From Anthoceros angustus (taxonomy: Eukaryota; Plantae; Anthocerotophyta): a stretch of DNA of 64,000 nucleotides. Location of the stretch: positions 434,001 through 498,000 of the forward strand of contig MU008174.1 of the NCBI GenBank assembly GCA_010909165.1. Direction: 5' to 3'. The translations under genes and the position numbers were made by a program. This document shows positions 1 to 11,883 of the stretch, piece after piece. Under the pieces are notes generated by a model that saw only the letters and a program-made list of their open reading frames with translations, did not search any database and had not been told where the DNA came from. The first letter of the stretch is position 1, and every line of letters starts with the position of its first letter.

Positions 1-631
1 CGAACTATGCCACAGGCCCTCAGTCATTGCCGGGGGCTGGGCCTGGAAGTGTGACTGGACCTGGGAATTTCCCATCACCGTGGGCCCAACCAAATAATTT
101 CCAGCCGCAGCATGCATCTTATCCACCTGGAGGATCTCTTGGTATTATTTGCTGGTCACTTGATCTTCTCATTTGTTTTGAGACTGGTTCTGTTATGTAT
201 GAACTCGGGGATGCAAGCCTTGATCCGGCATCTTTTTGGTGATGCATTGAGGCCAATCTGTGTAAATTTCCTTCTACTCATTGTAACGTCATGTCCACAT
301 GCAGGGATCAACTTGCAGGCCCCAACGATCCCAACGTATGTTTGTGGTTTTGATGCTCTCCTGTTTGTCATGTCAATTCCTTTAAGTAACATCCGTTGGG
401 CTATTGGAACTGTGCAGTGATCGCATCGGTAATCCAGGATCTTTCCCACTGGGATCATTTGGCCAAGAAAATGCTTTTTTCAGTCATCGGCCCTCATTAT
501 TGACCACGCAGCATTCCTTGCCTCCCCTCGGTGGTCAAAGTCCCTTCCCCACTCTCACTTCACAGAACTCCCTTCCTTCTCTTTCCCCGCAAGGTTCGGT
601 TTCCTCGTTTGGCAGTAATCCATTTGGCTGA
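1..631 (+). CDS. 3' end of a spliced gene with a P/Q/G/S-rich tail ending GSNPFG*; possibly an AGD14/NIG-like (AGFG) ArfGAP or another NPF-motif trafficking protein
   Basis: Phase-consistent exons <1-141, 305-335 and 418-631 with GT-AG introns give ...PWAQPNNFQPQHASYPPGGSLG-INLQAPTIPT-DRIGNPGSF...GSNPFG*. A terminal NPFG is typical of plant AGD14-type ArfGAPs, but no catalytic domain lies inside the window. Confidence 0.5.
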
Positions 632-1330
632 GAGATTTCCAATTGGACTACTGGCACAGCCAGTGGAGGATACAGGTGTGGTGGATGAGTGCCGCTCTAC
701 TTTCGAGACACCTGCTCAGGCAGATCAGCTTGAAGCAGTCATCTGGATGAAGGCCAAGTTTGCTAGTATCCTATAGCCAGTGTTAGCTCTATTGTCCGGG
801 AGCGCGTATGATTGACGTGCTGTCAATGAGGAATCTGGTTGTGGTGTGAAGCCCAAGAGAGTGTAAGCCTCCAGGATGAGTGAGTAGCCTTCGCTCGTCT
901 TTCTTCCTAGCTCTCTCAAGATGCTATCCTTCCTTTCAAGTAAGTTGTCATTCTGTTGCATTTGATCGAATGACATCCATGAGTGAGCTGATCTGATTTG
1001 TAATGTTTATAGGCCCGGAGTTGGCCTTATCACTGTGGCCAGTGTGTACTGTAGGTGCTGTTTGTTATGATTATTACCGGACCCCGACCTCTCATTTTTT
1101 GTGCTCCGGACTCCTTCCGTCTGCTGTGTCTAATTCCCTATAGTGTCGTCTCTGGTTTATATTCCAAGGAAACTCAACAAATCCAGAACGGGCAAAAGAG
1201 GGTGGCCATGGAGCTGAGCATGCGCTCCTCCTTTCCAAAGTTTGGAAGAGAGCTACATATTTTTTAAACGAAATAAAACGGTCGCGAGTTATACACATGC
1301 CTGTTTGGTCCACTTTGTATGTATTCTGCT

Positions 1331-1828
1331 TCACGGAAGACGCAAAACTTCCCGTCTTCCCGGCCCAGCCTTGCGATTACTCTCCGAAGACGAAATCTGG
1401 TGCATAGTGCTGATGATGGACGAGATGGTTGCATCCAGAGAAGGCTTGCTGCTGCCTCCTCTGCTGCTCGCCATGTGGACCCGTTGCTTTTGGCCTCGCC
1501 GCTCCTTCCCCTTGGCCCTGGAGGTGTCGGATGGGCTCCCTCCATCCCCCGAGCTCTCACTGCTGGCACTGAACACGAAGCCTGAAAAGGGCTCGGCGCC
1601 ATGTCCAACATCGCCGTGTAGTTCTCCGGCTGAGCTGCTGCTGATTGCAGCTGCATCGGGCTCAAGTTGCTCTGAAATCGTCACAGTATCCAGCTCACCA
1701 GTGAGACTTTCGGACACGGGCTCTAGCTCCTTCGCATCATCGTGGTTGCTTTCAGTAGATTGGGCTGCCGCAGTTGCGCACTGCCTGGATTTGGCTTTTG
1801 CTTTGCTCTTGTGCTTCTTGGTTGCCAT
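1331..1828 (-). CDS. Hypothetical 165 aa intronless protein (basic N-terminus, acidic/Ser-rich body), head-to-head with the PrmA-like gene
   Basis: ATG-initiated ORF MATKKHKSKAKAKSRQ..., about 300 bp from the PrmA ATG on the opposite strand; no recognisable domain. Confidence 0.3.
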   Translation of the reverse strand: MATKKHKSKAKAKSRQCATAAAQSTESNHDDAKELEPVSESLTGELDTVTISEQLEPDAAAISSSSAGELHGDVGHGAEPFSGFVFSASSESSGDGGSPSDTSRAKGKERRGQKQRVHMASSRGGSSKPSLDATISSIISTMHQISSSESNRKAGPGRREVLRLP

Positions 1829-2130
1829 AAGGCCTCAAGATCCTGCTGGAAATACCGAGTAGTCTCCAACTTGTGTCACAAATTCTCTTCAAAACACGCT
1901 TCAGAGCATTCAAGACGTGTCTTACCTAGAATCAAGGAAATCCGGATTGCCGAGGACCGGCCCCCACATCTTCAGATCCGGCACAGATTAGATGCAGAAA
2001 CGCAAGCTCTTACGAATCCTGTGCATAGACATCGGTAGTGGCCTGCTGAAAGCCCCCAAATCGTCGTCCTCAAACCTATCTGGTTTTCCAAAGTGTCGGC
2101 CTTAGGTTTCAGGACGAGAGACGGGGTGTC

Positions 2131-4242
2131 ATGCTGACCTCGGTTGTGTGCAGACATTCTCATCCGGCCACCAAGGGGTTGATAGCTCCTGTCCTGTGCA
2201 CAGCTGTTCAGCGAAGGTTGGGACAATTCGCCACGCAAGTCGCTGTGCCCTGCAATGCGGGGCGGAGTTTTCGCGCAATCGCCGCTGAGCTACGGAGGTC
2301 GCTGTTTCCAGTTGGGAGCTTGAACGGGAGGCAGGTGAAGTGGTGGGATGGGGCGTGTAACAGCAGAGGACAGGTTTCTCACAAGCCTAAGGAGCTGACT
2401 ATGGCTTTGCCGAGTCGTGCTCCAGTCAGCTACAGTAGTGCATCGATCGAACCGCAAACTGTGGAAATGCAAGCAGCTCGGATCCTCTGTGCTGGAAAAA
2501 TAGCTGTAAGTTTTGTTTGCAGAAGTTTCTTCCTGTTCCTCAAGTTGTTGAACTTGCATCTTTGAAGGCCGACAGACATCTCTGCGCGGGGATTCGCCTG
2601 ATTGTGTCTTCATTGTTCACAGGACGAGTTGGTGGAGGGACTCCTGAGCTTTGGTGCCACAAGTTGCACTATTGAGGACGCTAACTTGAATACGTCAGAT
2701 GAGCAGGAAGTAGGGCCCGTGTTAGCTGTGAATTATGCTGTCTGCCGTATGTTGTCCGAGTGCATTGTAGTGAAGGGATATGTGGTCAGATTTCTGTGCT
2801 GCCATCTGCATCTAACAGGAGTGTTGTTTCCGGATCAGATTTACTCAAAAGGCCCTTTACCATGGCAATCGGGGCAGCGGCAGTTGTGGGAACAGGTAGC
2901 TGGGTTTGAGCTCATTTTGATGGGTGTCTACCAAGATCCATGCACGTTCAGTTTCTAGAAATGTGTCTTGCTGGGTGCAGAGCTGTCTAGTTGCTTACTT
3001 CCCAGCGGATCAAGACGTGGGTGAGGCTCTGGCAATGGCAGCAGACTCTGTAGGGCTTACCACCATGCCAGACTATCGTGTTGAGAAAGTTGAGGACAAT
3101 GACAATTGGGTTCAGCAGGTTCAGGTGTGACACCGATCTCTTTTTTTGAGGATATTCCTGCTCCGTATGTGCGTCCGAAGCTGAGCTGGCTGTCATCTCA
3201 GGATATGTTCAGGCCAATGGAAGTTGCCGAAGGCCTTTTCATCATCCCCAAGTGGTGTACTCCTCCAGTATGTCAGCAACTTGTCTTCAACCTCTTTTCC
3301 ACATCCTATTTCTGAGGTAGCACTGAACAGTTTTCTAGGAGCTTTTACAGCTTGACCATACTGTAGATAACTCTGCGTTGTATAAAATGTTTGTGCTTGT
3401 TCGAAAGGCTGATTGAAGCGAGTTGCAATTGTAGAGTGGCGGCACAGTTAATGTAATTTTGGATCCGGGGCTCGCCTTTGGAACTGGTGAGCACCCTACA
3501 ACACGGTTGTGTCTTCGATGGCTATACGAAGTCATTCAGGGCGGAGAGCGAGTGCTCGATTACGGGACAGGTTCTGGGATTCTTGCGGTGGCAGCCCTCA
3601 AGGTGGGGTGTTGCAGTGACCAGTGAAGTCTGTGCCTGGTCATGCGCTCCTCGTTGCATAAGAAGAGTCATTGATGTGCCAGTGTTTTCCTGTTGTCACA
3701 GATGGGTGCAAATCGAGCAATTGGTGTTGACACTGATCCAGTTGCTGTATCGTCCGCCATGTACAATGCATCATTGAACAATCTGCCCCACAACTCAATC
3801 GAGGTGTTTGTTTGCGACCCAGGTGGAAATGTCGCCGAATCAAGCCTGGACAATCAAAGTTCCTGGAAAAGTATCATAGAACCTGGCGAGATGGATGTTG
3901 TTGTGGCAAATATTCTGCTCAACCCTTTGCTAGCGTTAGCAGACCAGCTTGCCGGATATGCTAGGCCTGGAGGGCTTGTGGGGTTGTCTGGGATTCTGGA
4001 GAGTCAGGTGAGAAGCAAGTTTCTCTCTTACGAAGTTATCTGTGCAGTGCTATGAATTCATGTTTGCTTCAAGTCTTCTAAGACTACATGTACTCATGAT
4101 GCAGGTTGAGCAATTGAAGGATGCGTACTCCGAGTTCTTGGACGATATTGTGGTGTCCGTGGACACAGGTTGGGCCCAGTTGAGTGGCAGGAGAAAAGCG
4201 AAAGCGGGAAGAAGAGATTCGGAGGTTTTGACGAGGGACTGA
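2131..4242 (+). CDS. PrmA: Ribosomal protein L11 methyltransferase (PrmA-like), organelle-targeted, 8 exons
   Basis: Exons 2131-2505, 2623-2709, 2839-2895, 2981-3124, 3202-3267, 3435-3602, 3702-4007, 4105-4242, all GT-AG and in phase. Hallmarks [45 protein letters not shown] and LSGIL; N-terminus resembles a transit peptide. Confidence 0.93.
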
Positions 4243-6703
4243 ACTGCTCATACGCTGGATACACCTGTTTAGTACTTGTTTAGTACTTTCCTCATCATCT
4301 GCTGGTGGCGGTGAGCCAATCACATCAGCAGATGACGCCTTGTGCAATTGCCCAATTCTGTATACCTTGTCACGCCATGTTGTATCTTCGCCGATTGTCG
4401 TGATGCCGAAGTACAAACCTTTGGTGGGAAGGAAACGATAAGGGATATCGAAGGGATGTGGACTTGTTAGCATTATAAATGGCGTTAGCCTGTGACTGTG
4501 TCAGACATCCAGTGATGTTCTCTGACGGCTTGACCACTCTCACCAGCATATGGCCACCATGGTTGAAATTGTATTGTACAGGAAGTGCTCATGCTGACAG
4601 GAATGGAGTGAGTGGGCAGTGAGTGCCTCCCATCAGACTCAGCTTTGGATCCGGTGGGGATCAGGGTGGAGTATGATGGAAAGAGGAGAGGAAAATCACA
4701 CACAGGATGTTGGATGTGGACTCCAGCAGGCAGATCCTCGCTTAGAAAGCACCGACGTGCCTAAACAAGGCAATGTCCTGTACACCGCACTGACTCCGGG
4801 TATCAACTGTTTGGCTGGGCAGTGGGCTGGGCAGGGCAGGGGCCCGGGCAGGGCGAATCAAGCTGCTGCCTTCGGCCTGCCCTTTGCGCTGCCCACTCAT
4901 CTTTGGTTGGCTTCACAGAGTGGGCGTTGGGGCCTCGTCGGCATGCATTTCTGCCAGATGCCTGTCAGCTTTCACACGCGTGTCGTGTGCCAAGCAGTTT
5001 TAATATTATTCAATGCCACCGACTGCTGCCGAGCTTGCTTTGTCCCGACCTCGCGAGCAAGGCCCCTGCATTCTTATCCCTCCTCTTTCCCTCCTCTTTA
5101 CATCATGGGGAAAGGTCATCAGGTTGCTTCCATGTCTCACCTTCATTGGTGCTCTTGCAGGGCTTTACCGCATGCTTCCGGGTCCCCTCGCCCGCAAGGG
5201 AGTGAATGCCCTCCACACACTCTCCAATCAGATTCAGGTAACTTTGGTGTCAAGCTTTATACAGTAGCAACTGTCGGTCACAAGCACCAGAAACACAGTC
5301 CTGCCTGGCCTGCCTTGCCTTGCCCTGTCTCCCGTACCCAAATCCAGGCTAGCCTTTGTGCAATCATTCATATCGCAAATCCATGTGGAAGCGCTAATCC
5401 CAATCAATCGGTGTGCTTGTGTGCTGCTCCTCCTCCTGCTTTTCTGGCTTTCTGCTTTTTGCCCCACCAGCCTGGTGCCAGCAGCACAGGAACCCACATA
5501 ACTGCCACATCCGGTCACGTCCAGCTCGCTCTGCCCTGTTCAGTGACCTACCTGGGAAGGTGGGATCTGGGAGCTCTAGATGTAGAATGTTATCTTTGAA
5601 TTTTGTGGATGGCAGGACGAAAGCCAAGCTCCTTTAACCCTCCTGCTGTTGCCTGTTGCTGTGGCTTAGGCAGTCGGGAGGAGACATGCAGCCCAACAGA
5701 GCAGGGCACATGGACAGCAACTGCAAACCGTTGTGATGTGCTGTTCTGACTGCCTGCTCCCATTAGTCCCTCCCCTCCAATCAGTGGGAGCAGGTAGCAG
5801 CCGAGAGCGACGCCCTGGCCTCTGCCATGTGCAACATGGGCATCAGCTCACAGTGCAGACCAGACCGTTCCGTTGTGCCGTCGGATGGAATCCTAGGAAT
5901 CCTATGCTCCCCACAATTGCTATGCTGTCTACGTGAGCGCCCCGTTGGTGGGGCGTGACGACAAGATGTTGGTGGTATTGGTGTGACGTGTAAGAAGCAA
6001 AGGCTGGCAGAAGTGGCCCACACCACACTGCCTTGCTTTTGCGAAAGTGGAGCCCATGGATCACCAGATGGGCCCCCAAATGTGTCCTGGGCTTCCAACT
6101 TCCAAGCCAAGCAAGCCCAGCAAGCTGCAAGCTGCAAGCTGCAGCCTGGACGCACACAAACATTTACATAATTTTGTTGTGGGTCTTTCCCTCTTATTGA
6201 ATACACATACATCGCCCAGTCTGCCATCCTCATAGCCCGGGTCCCTCGGTAGGGACGCTCCGGGACAGGAAACGGGTAAAAAGGTACACCCAGTACAACG
6301 GGGTCGTGTCTTGCAGATCCCTAGTACCACCACTTCCGGGTCCTTGCATCCTTGTTGGAATATTAAAAAACATAATTATGTGCACAGTGCGCAGCGGAAC
6401 CTCGGTGGCCCGCGCCATGCTCAACCTCAACCGCGTTCCGGCCATCCACGTGTTGCCGTCAAGAGCCAGCTACCGAGACAGCTTCCACATGTCTGTCGCC
6501 AACTGTGACCAAAAATGGTGGAAGAGAGAAGAGAGAAGAGAGGAGAAGAGAAGAGAAGAGAAGAGGCCCCACATGCAACCCAACATAGATCTCGGACAAG
6601 GGTCACGAGGCTGATGGAGAGGCGGCCCCATGCCCATCAGCTCATCCAACCATGGAGTTGGTGGGGGGCCATGTGAGGTGCTAGCCTGGCTAGCAACCAT
6701 GTC

Positions 6704-9700
6704 CCTATCTCTGTCCACCATGGTAACCAAATCTGCTGAATCCCACCCAAGCATAAGCATGGGCAAGTATTTACAGCACCAGCAAGTATTAATGGCAACG
6801 GCTATGGCAGCGGCCACCGGATCTGCCACAGGAGAAATCGTCCTCACACACAGTCGTCCATCCCTGTCGCCCACTTGCAGAATATGCGCTCTTGGGCCAT
6901 ATGGAGATATGTTGCCTTGCAAGGAAAGGGGGCCATCTTCCGGCATGCCTGCTTTTCTCCCCGGAGCTGTACCATAGTACCCGCCTTGCCAGGAAAGGGG
7001 TAAAAAAAGGCTCCCAGGCTCTGGCATCCACTGGCTTTGCCTCTGCCTGCTATGAATGCAAAAAAGCTATGGCACTGGGCCAGCCCCATGGCAGGCCCGT
7101 CCTGCATCATAGGCCCGCCGAGGCCCGCCGAGGCCACCCTGGGACTGCCAATTCAATGTCTTAGGTCCATCCCAGCAAGTACACTCACACGCGTGTGGGC
7201 CGGCCATGGCCATGCTATAAGGAGCACCAGCGGTTAACGTGTGACCTGCCAACCTTCCTGCACGGGACGGCCGAGCCTGTGCAGTAAAGGATCCACCAGC
7301 CGATCCCTGTCACTCCATGGGAAGCCGAAGCCCATCTCGATCCCATCCTGCCTGCCACTGCCTCCACGATGCCCATCCAGCCGTGAGACAGACGGAAACC
7401 TACGGCTTGTCTTCTGCCAGAAACCTGCAGCTGCAGTCCTGCACTGCAGTCTGCACTGGGGCCTGCACTGGACTGAACTGGACTGGACCCGGCTGCTCTG
7501 TGTTGGTACCAGTGTACATCTGGCGTGGCCGTACGTGCCTTTTCGGAAGCCACCTCCACCTCCATCTCCACTCCCCTGTCCGCTTTCCTTCACAGACAAG
7601 ATGCATCCCAAGCTTCCAAACCCTAACCTGTTCTTTCACACTTGGAAGCAGCCTGCAGGATGGTGGCAGACTGCAATGCATTTTCTGATAAATTCTGTGC
7701 AGTCCCAGTGCAGATCCAGCCTCCCCTCTTTGAACACGGTGCCACACACATGTTACCAGTGTCAGCCGCACGGGTCTTCCAGCGTGGAAATCAGTGCTGT
7801 AGACCTCGGAAACCCCAATCAGCTCACAGATCCACGGACCATGCTTAGCAGACCGTCTACGCCCCGAATTCCAATCAATCCGGTCTAGTCTACATACAGT
7901 ACAGTACACCCATGTGTATAACGTCCAGATCCGAGTCCGGCTCCTGTTCCGGCTCTGGCATGGCCACAGACGCATAGGAGCAAGAAGATGCTCCCCATGA
8001 CCGGCCTGCCCCTTGCTATTCTGAGAGTCCCCGACGAGGAGTTCGGGAGACCTGATTCTTCCCTCCCGCCCAACGCACTCCCAGTGCCGTGATTCGAATT
8101 ATCCCATACTCTTCTTCCAGCCTGTGCTCCCCTTCCCGCCCTTTACTGGGGCCGGCTGATTAGTCTCCATAGAACGTAAAGTGTAACAACTAGCTGAACC
8201 AACCACGATTTGTACAGCAAAGCAGGACAAAGGCAAAGGCAAAGGGCTTTCAAACGCGAAGGCAGGCCCGCGTTTGCTGGCATCATGCTCGCATGACAGT
8301 GTCATGCTCCCCATGGCAGCATGGCAGGCCTGGCTGGCCTGGCCTCTTGGCCTGCCTCTCTACCTGCACGCCAGCCGGGCCCTCCAGCCAGTTACAGCTG
8401 CTCTCATCAATCTGCTGCTCCTTTCTTTTAATCTTAACAGTCTTGGGGCTCGCATTTCGTTGTGTGATTTGTTTTGTGATTGCGTGATTTGTTACATGTG
8501 ATTGTTGTGAGATGTTGGGCGATCGTTGTGAGATGTTGGGTGATTGTCGTGTGATAATCCGGGTCCGGAGCTGACATGATCAACGCGGCTGCGGCTTCTG
8601 CCACACGGATTTTAGTGTGCCTGGCTGTGAGTGAGTTGCGATGTGAGGTCTTATTATTAGGAGGGCGGGGGCCTCCCATCCCGGCCAGTACATGCACTCC
8701 CGCGGGGAGGAAGGTTCCGCGAAGGAGGAGGGGTGGCAACAATGCTCGGGGCTCGACCTATCTCTGTCCACCATGGTAACCAAATCTGCTGAATCCCACC
8801 CAAGCATAAGCATGGGCAAGTATTTACAGCACCAGCAAGTATTAATGGCAACGGCTATAGCGGCACCGGATCTGCCACAGGAGAAATCGTCCTCACACAC
8901 AGTCGTCCATCCCTGTCGCCACTTGCAGAATATGCGCTCTTGGGCCATATGGAGATATGTTGCCTTGCAAGGAAGGGGCCATCTTCCGGCATGCCTGCTT
9001 TTCTCCCCGGAGCTGTACCATAGTACCCGCCTTGCCAGGAAAGGGGTAAAAAGGCTCCCAGGCTCTGGCATCCACTGGCTTTGCCTCTGCCTGCTATGAA
9101 TGCAAAAGCTATGGCACTGGGGCCAGCCCATGGCAGGCCGTCCTGCATCATAGGCCCGCCGAGGCCCGCCGAGGCCACCCTGGGACTGCCAATTCAATGT
9201 CTTAGGTCCATCCCAGCAAGTACACTCACACGCGTGTGGGCCGGCCATGGCCATGCTATAAGGAGCACCAGCGGTTAACGTGTGACCTCCTTCCACGGGA
9301 CGGCCGAGCCTGTGCAGTAAAGGATCCACCAGCCGATCCCTGTCACTCCATGGGAAGCCGAAGCCCATCTCGATCCCATCCGATTCCTGCCACTGCTCCC
9401 TCTCCACGATGCCCATCCAGCCGTGAGACAGACGGAAACCTACGGCTTGTCTTCTGCCAGAAACCTGCAGCTGCAGTCCTGCACTGCAGTCTGCACTGGG
9501 GCCTGCACTGGACTGAACTGGACTGGACCCGGCTGCTCTGTGTTGGTACCAGTGTACACATCTGGCGTGGCCGTACGTGCCTTTTCGGAAGCCACCTCCA
9601 CCTCCATCTCCACTCCCCTGTCCGCTTTCCTTCACAGACAAGATGCATCCCAAGCTTCCAAACCCTAACCCGTTCTTTCACACTTGGAAGCAGCCTGCAG

Positions 9701-10832
9701 GATGGTGGCAGACTCGCAATGCATTTTCTGATAAATTCTGTGCAGTCCCAGTGCAGATCCAGCCTCCCCTCTTTGAACACGGTGCCACACACATGTTACC
9801 AGTGTCAGCCGCACGGGTCTTCCAGCGTGGAAATCAGTGCTGTAGACCTCGGAAACCCCAATCAGCTCACAGATCCACGGACCATGCTTAGCAGACCGTC
9901 TACGCCCCGAATTCCAATCAATCCGGTCTAGTCTACATACAGTACAGTACACCCATGTGTATAACGTCCAGATCCGAGTCCGGCTCCTGTTCCGGCTCCG
10001 GCTGGCATGGCCACACAGACGCATAGGAGCAAGAAGATGCTCCCCATGACCGGCCCGCCCCTTGCTATTCTGAGAGTCCCCGACGAGGAGTTCGGGAGAC
10101 CCTGATTCTTCCCTCCCCGCCCAACGCACTCCCAGTGCCGTGATTCGAATTATCCCATACTCTTCTTCCAGCCTGTGCTCCCCTTCCCGCCCTTCCTTTA
10201 CTGGGGCCGGCTGATTAGTCTCCATAGAACGTAAAGTGTAACAACTAGCTGAACCAACCACCCGATTTGTACAGCAAAGCAGGACAAAGGCAAAGGCAAA
10301 GGCAAAGGGCTTTCAAACGCGAAGGCAGGCCCGCGTTTGCTGGCATCATGCTCGCATGACAGTGTCATGCTCCCCCATGGCAGCATGGCAGGCCCCGGCT
10401 GGCCTGGCCTCTTGGCCCGCCTCTCTCTACCTGCACGCCAGCCGGGCCCTCCAGCCAGTTACAGCTGCTCTCATCAATCTGCTGCTCCTTTCTTTTAATC
10501 TTAACAGTCTTGGGGCTCGCATTTCGTTGTGTGATTTGTTTTGTGATTGCGTGATTTGTTACATGTGATTGTTGTGAGATGTTGGGCGATCGTTGTGAGA
10601 TGTTGGGTGATTGTCGTGTGATAATCCGGGTCCGGAGCTGACATGATCAACGCGGCTGCGGCTTCTGCCACACGGATTTTAGTGTGCCTGGCTGTGAGTG
10701 AGTTGCGATGTGAGGTCTTATTATTAGGAGGGCGGGGGCCTCCCATCCCGGCCAGTACATGCACTAAGCTAATCCCGCGGGGAGGAAGGTTCCGCGAAGG
10801 AGGAGGGGGTGGCAACAATGCTCGGGGCTCGA
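6704..10832. repeat. Tandem near-duplication of ~2.05 kb non-coding sequence (6704-8756 / 8757-10832)
   Basis: cctatctctgtccaccatggtaacc starts both copies and aatgctcggggctcga ends both; differences are mostly 1-10 bp indels. Confidence 0.9.
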
Positions 10833-11883
10833 GAGTCGGGGCGGGAGCAGCCCTGCTGCGTCTCTCTCTCTGCCTCTTCATCTGGCCCTCCGGCTGGCCT
10901 GGCCTGCCTGCCTCTCTCTGCCTCTGCCTCTGCCGGTGTGATTTAAGGAGGGTGGCAGCCAGGCGGTGGCTCTGCTAGCCTGCCTGCCTTCTGTCGCCCG
11001 CCAGTTGACAAGCGAAGAGGAGAAAGAGCAAGGAGCAGCCAGCAGCTGCAGGTGGTGGGAAATCAGGGGGGTCGCTGACCCATCTCGCCCAAGCCTCGGC
11101 ACGCATCTGCCTCGCCTGCCTGCTGCTGCTGTTGCTGCTGCCGCTGCTGTGTCCTGTGGCAGATCCGCTGGTTCAGGCCTCTTCTGCCTCATTCTATCGC
11201 CAGCCAAGCCATTTTGTGTTGCTTGCTCGCTTGTTGGCGAACTGGGTTTGTGGATTCCGGGCGCTTGCTTGCCTGCTTGCTTGCTTGGTGGGTTGTGTTG
11301 GTTTGTTTTTTTCTCGTGGTGGGTTGACAGCCTCTGGCTCTGCCGCTGCGGGGCATTGTATTGCACTGCATTGCTGCGTGCTGCATCGCATTGCATCGCC
11401 ACTTGTCTCCAGAAAAAGCAACAAAAACAGGTTGCGAGTTGTGGGTTTGTCGGGTGCTTGGCTTCGTTGTGGGATTCCCGGGCCCAGCAGGTAGCCCCAA
11501 GAAGAACTGTATGGTTGGAGATTTGTGGATTGGCGTACAAATATAAGCTCTGCGTGCCGGGTGTTAAGAACCGCCTGAAATCACCTCGGTGGGCGACTTG
11601 CGTGCGGATTCGTGGGAGGAGAGCGGGAGGAGGGCGGAACGGAGGAGATGGCGGCAGAGTATGCGGGAAGTGGGCGCTTGTGACTGGATGGAGAGCTGCA
11701 GCTGGCGGGCTGGGAGGAAGGAATCCACGGAAGCTGCAGCTTGCATGGCGAGCCGCTGAGGCGGGCATTCTCCCGTTCCCGCTGGATCGCATCCCGCGCC
11801 AAGAAATTAGTTGGAGGCGGCTGCTGCTGTCCGATCAGCTGGACAGGAAGACGGTGCGGAAGACTAGGAGGTTCTGGGCAGGC

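Noticed and set aside
4619-11880. Many long ORFs (326, 357, 304 and 362 aa) between PrmA and GAE
   Set aside because: GC-rich, microsatellite-laden sequence open on both strands; no domains, and frames are not preserved between the duplicated copies.
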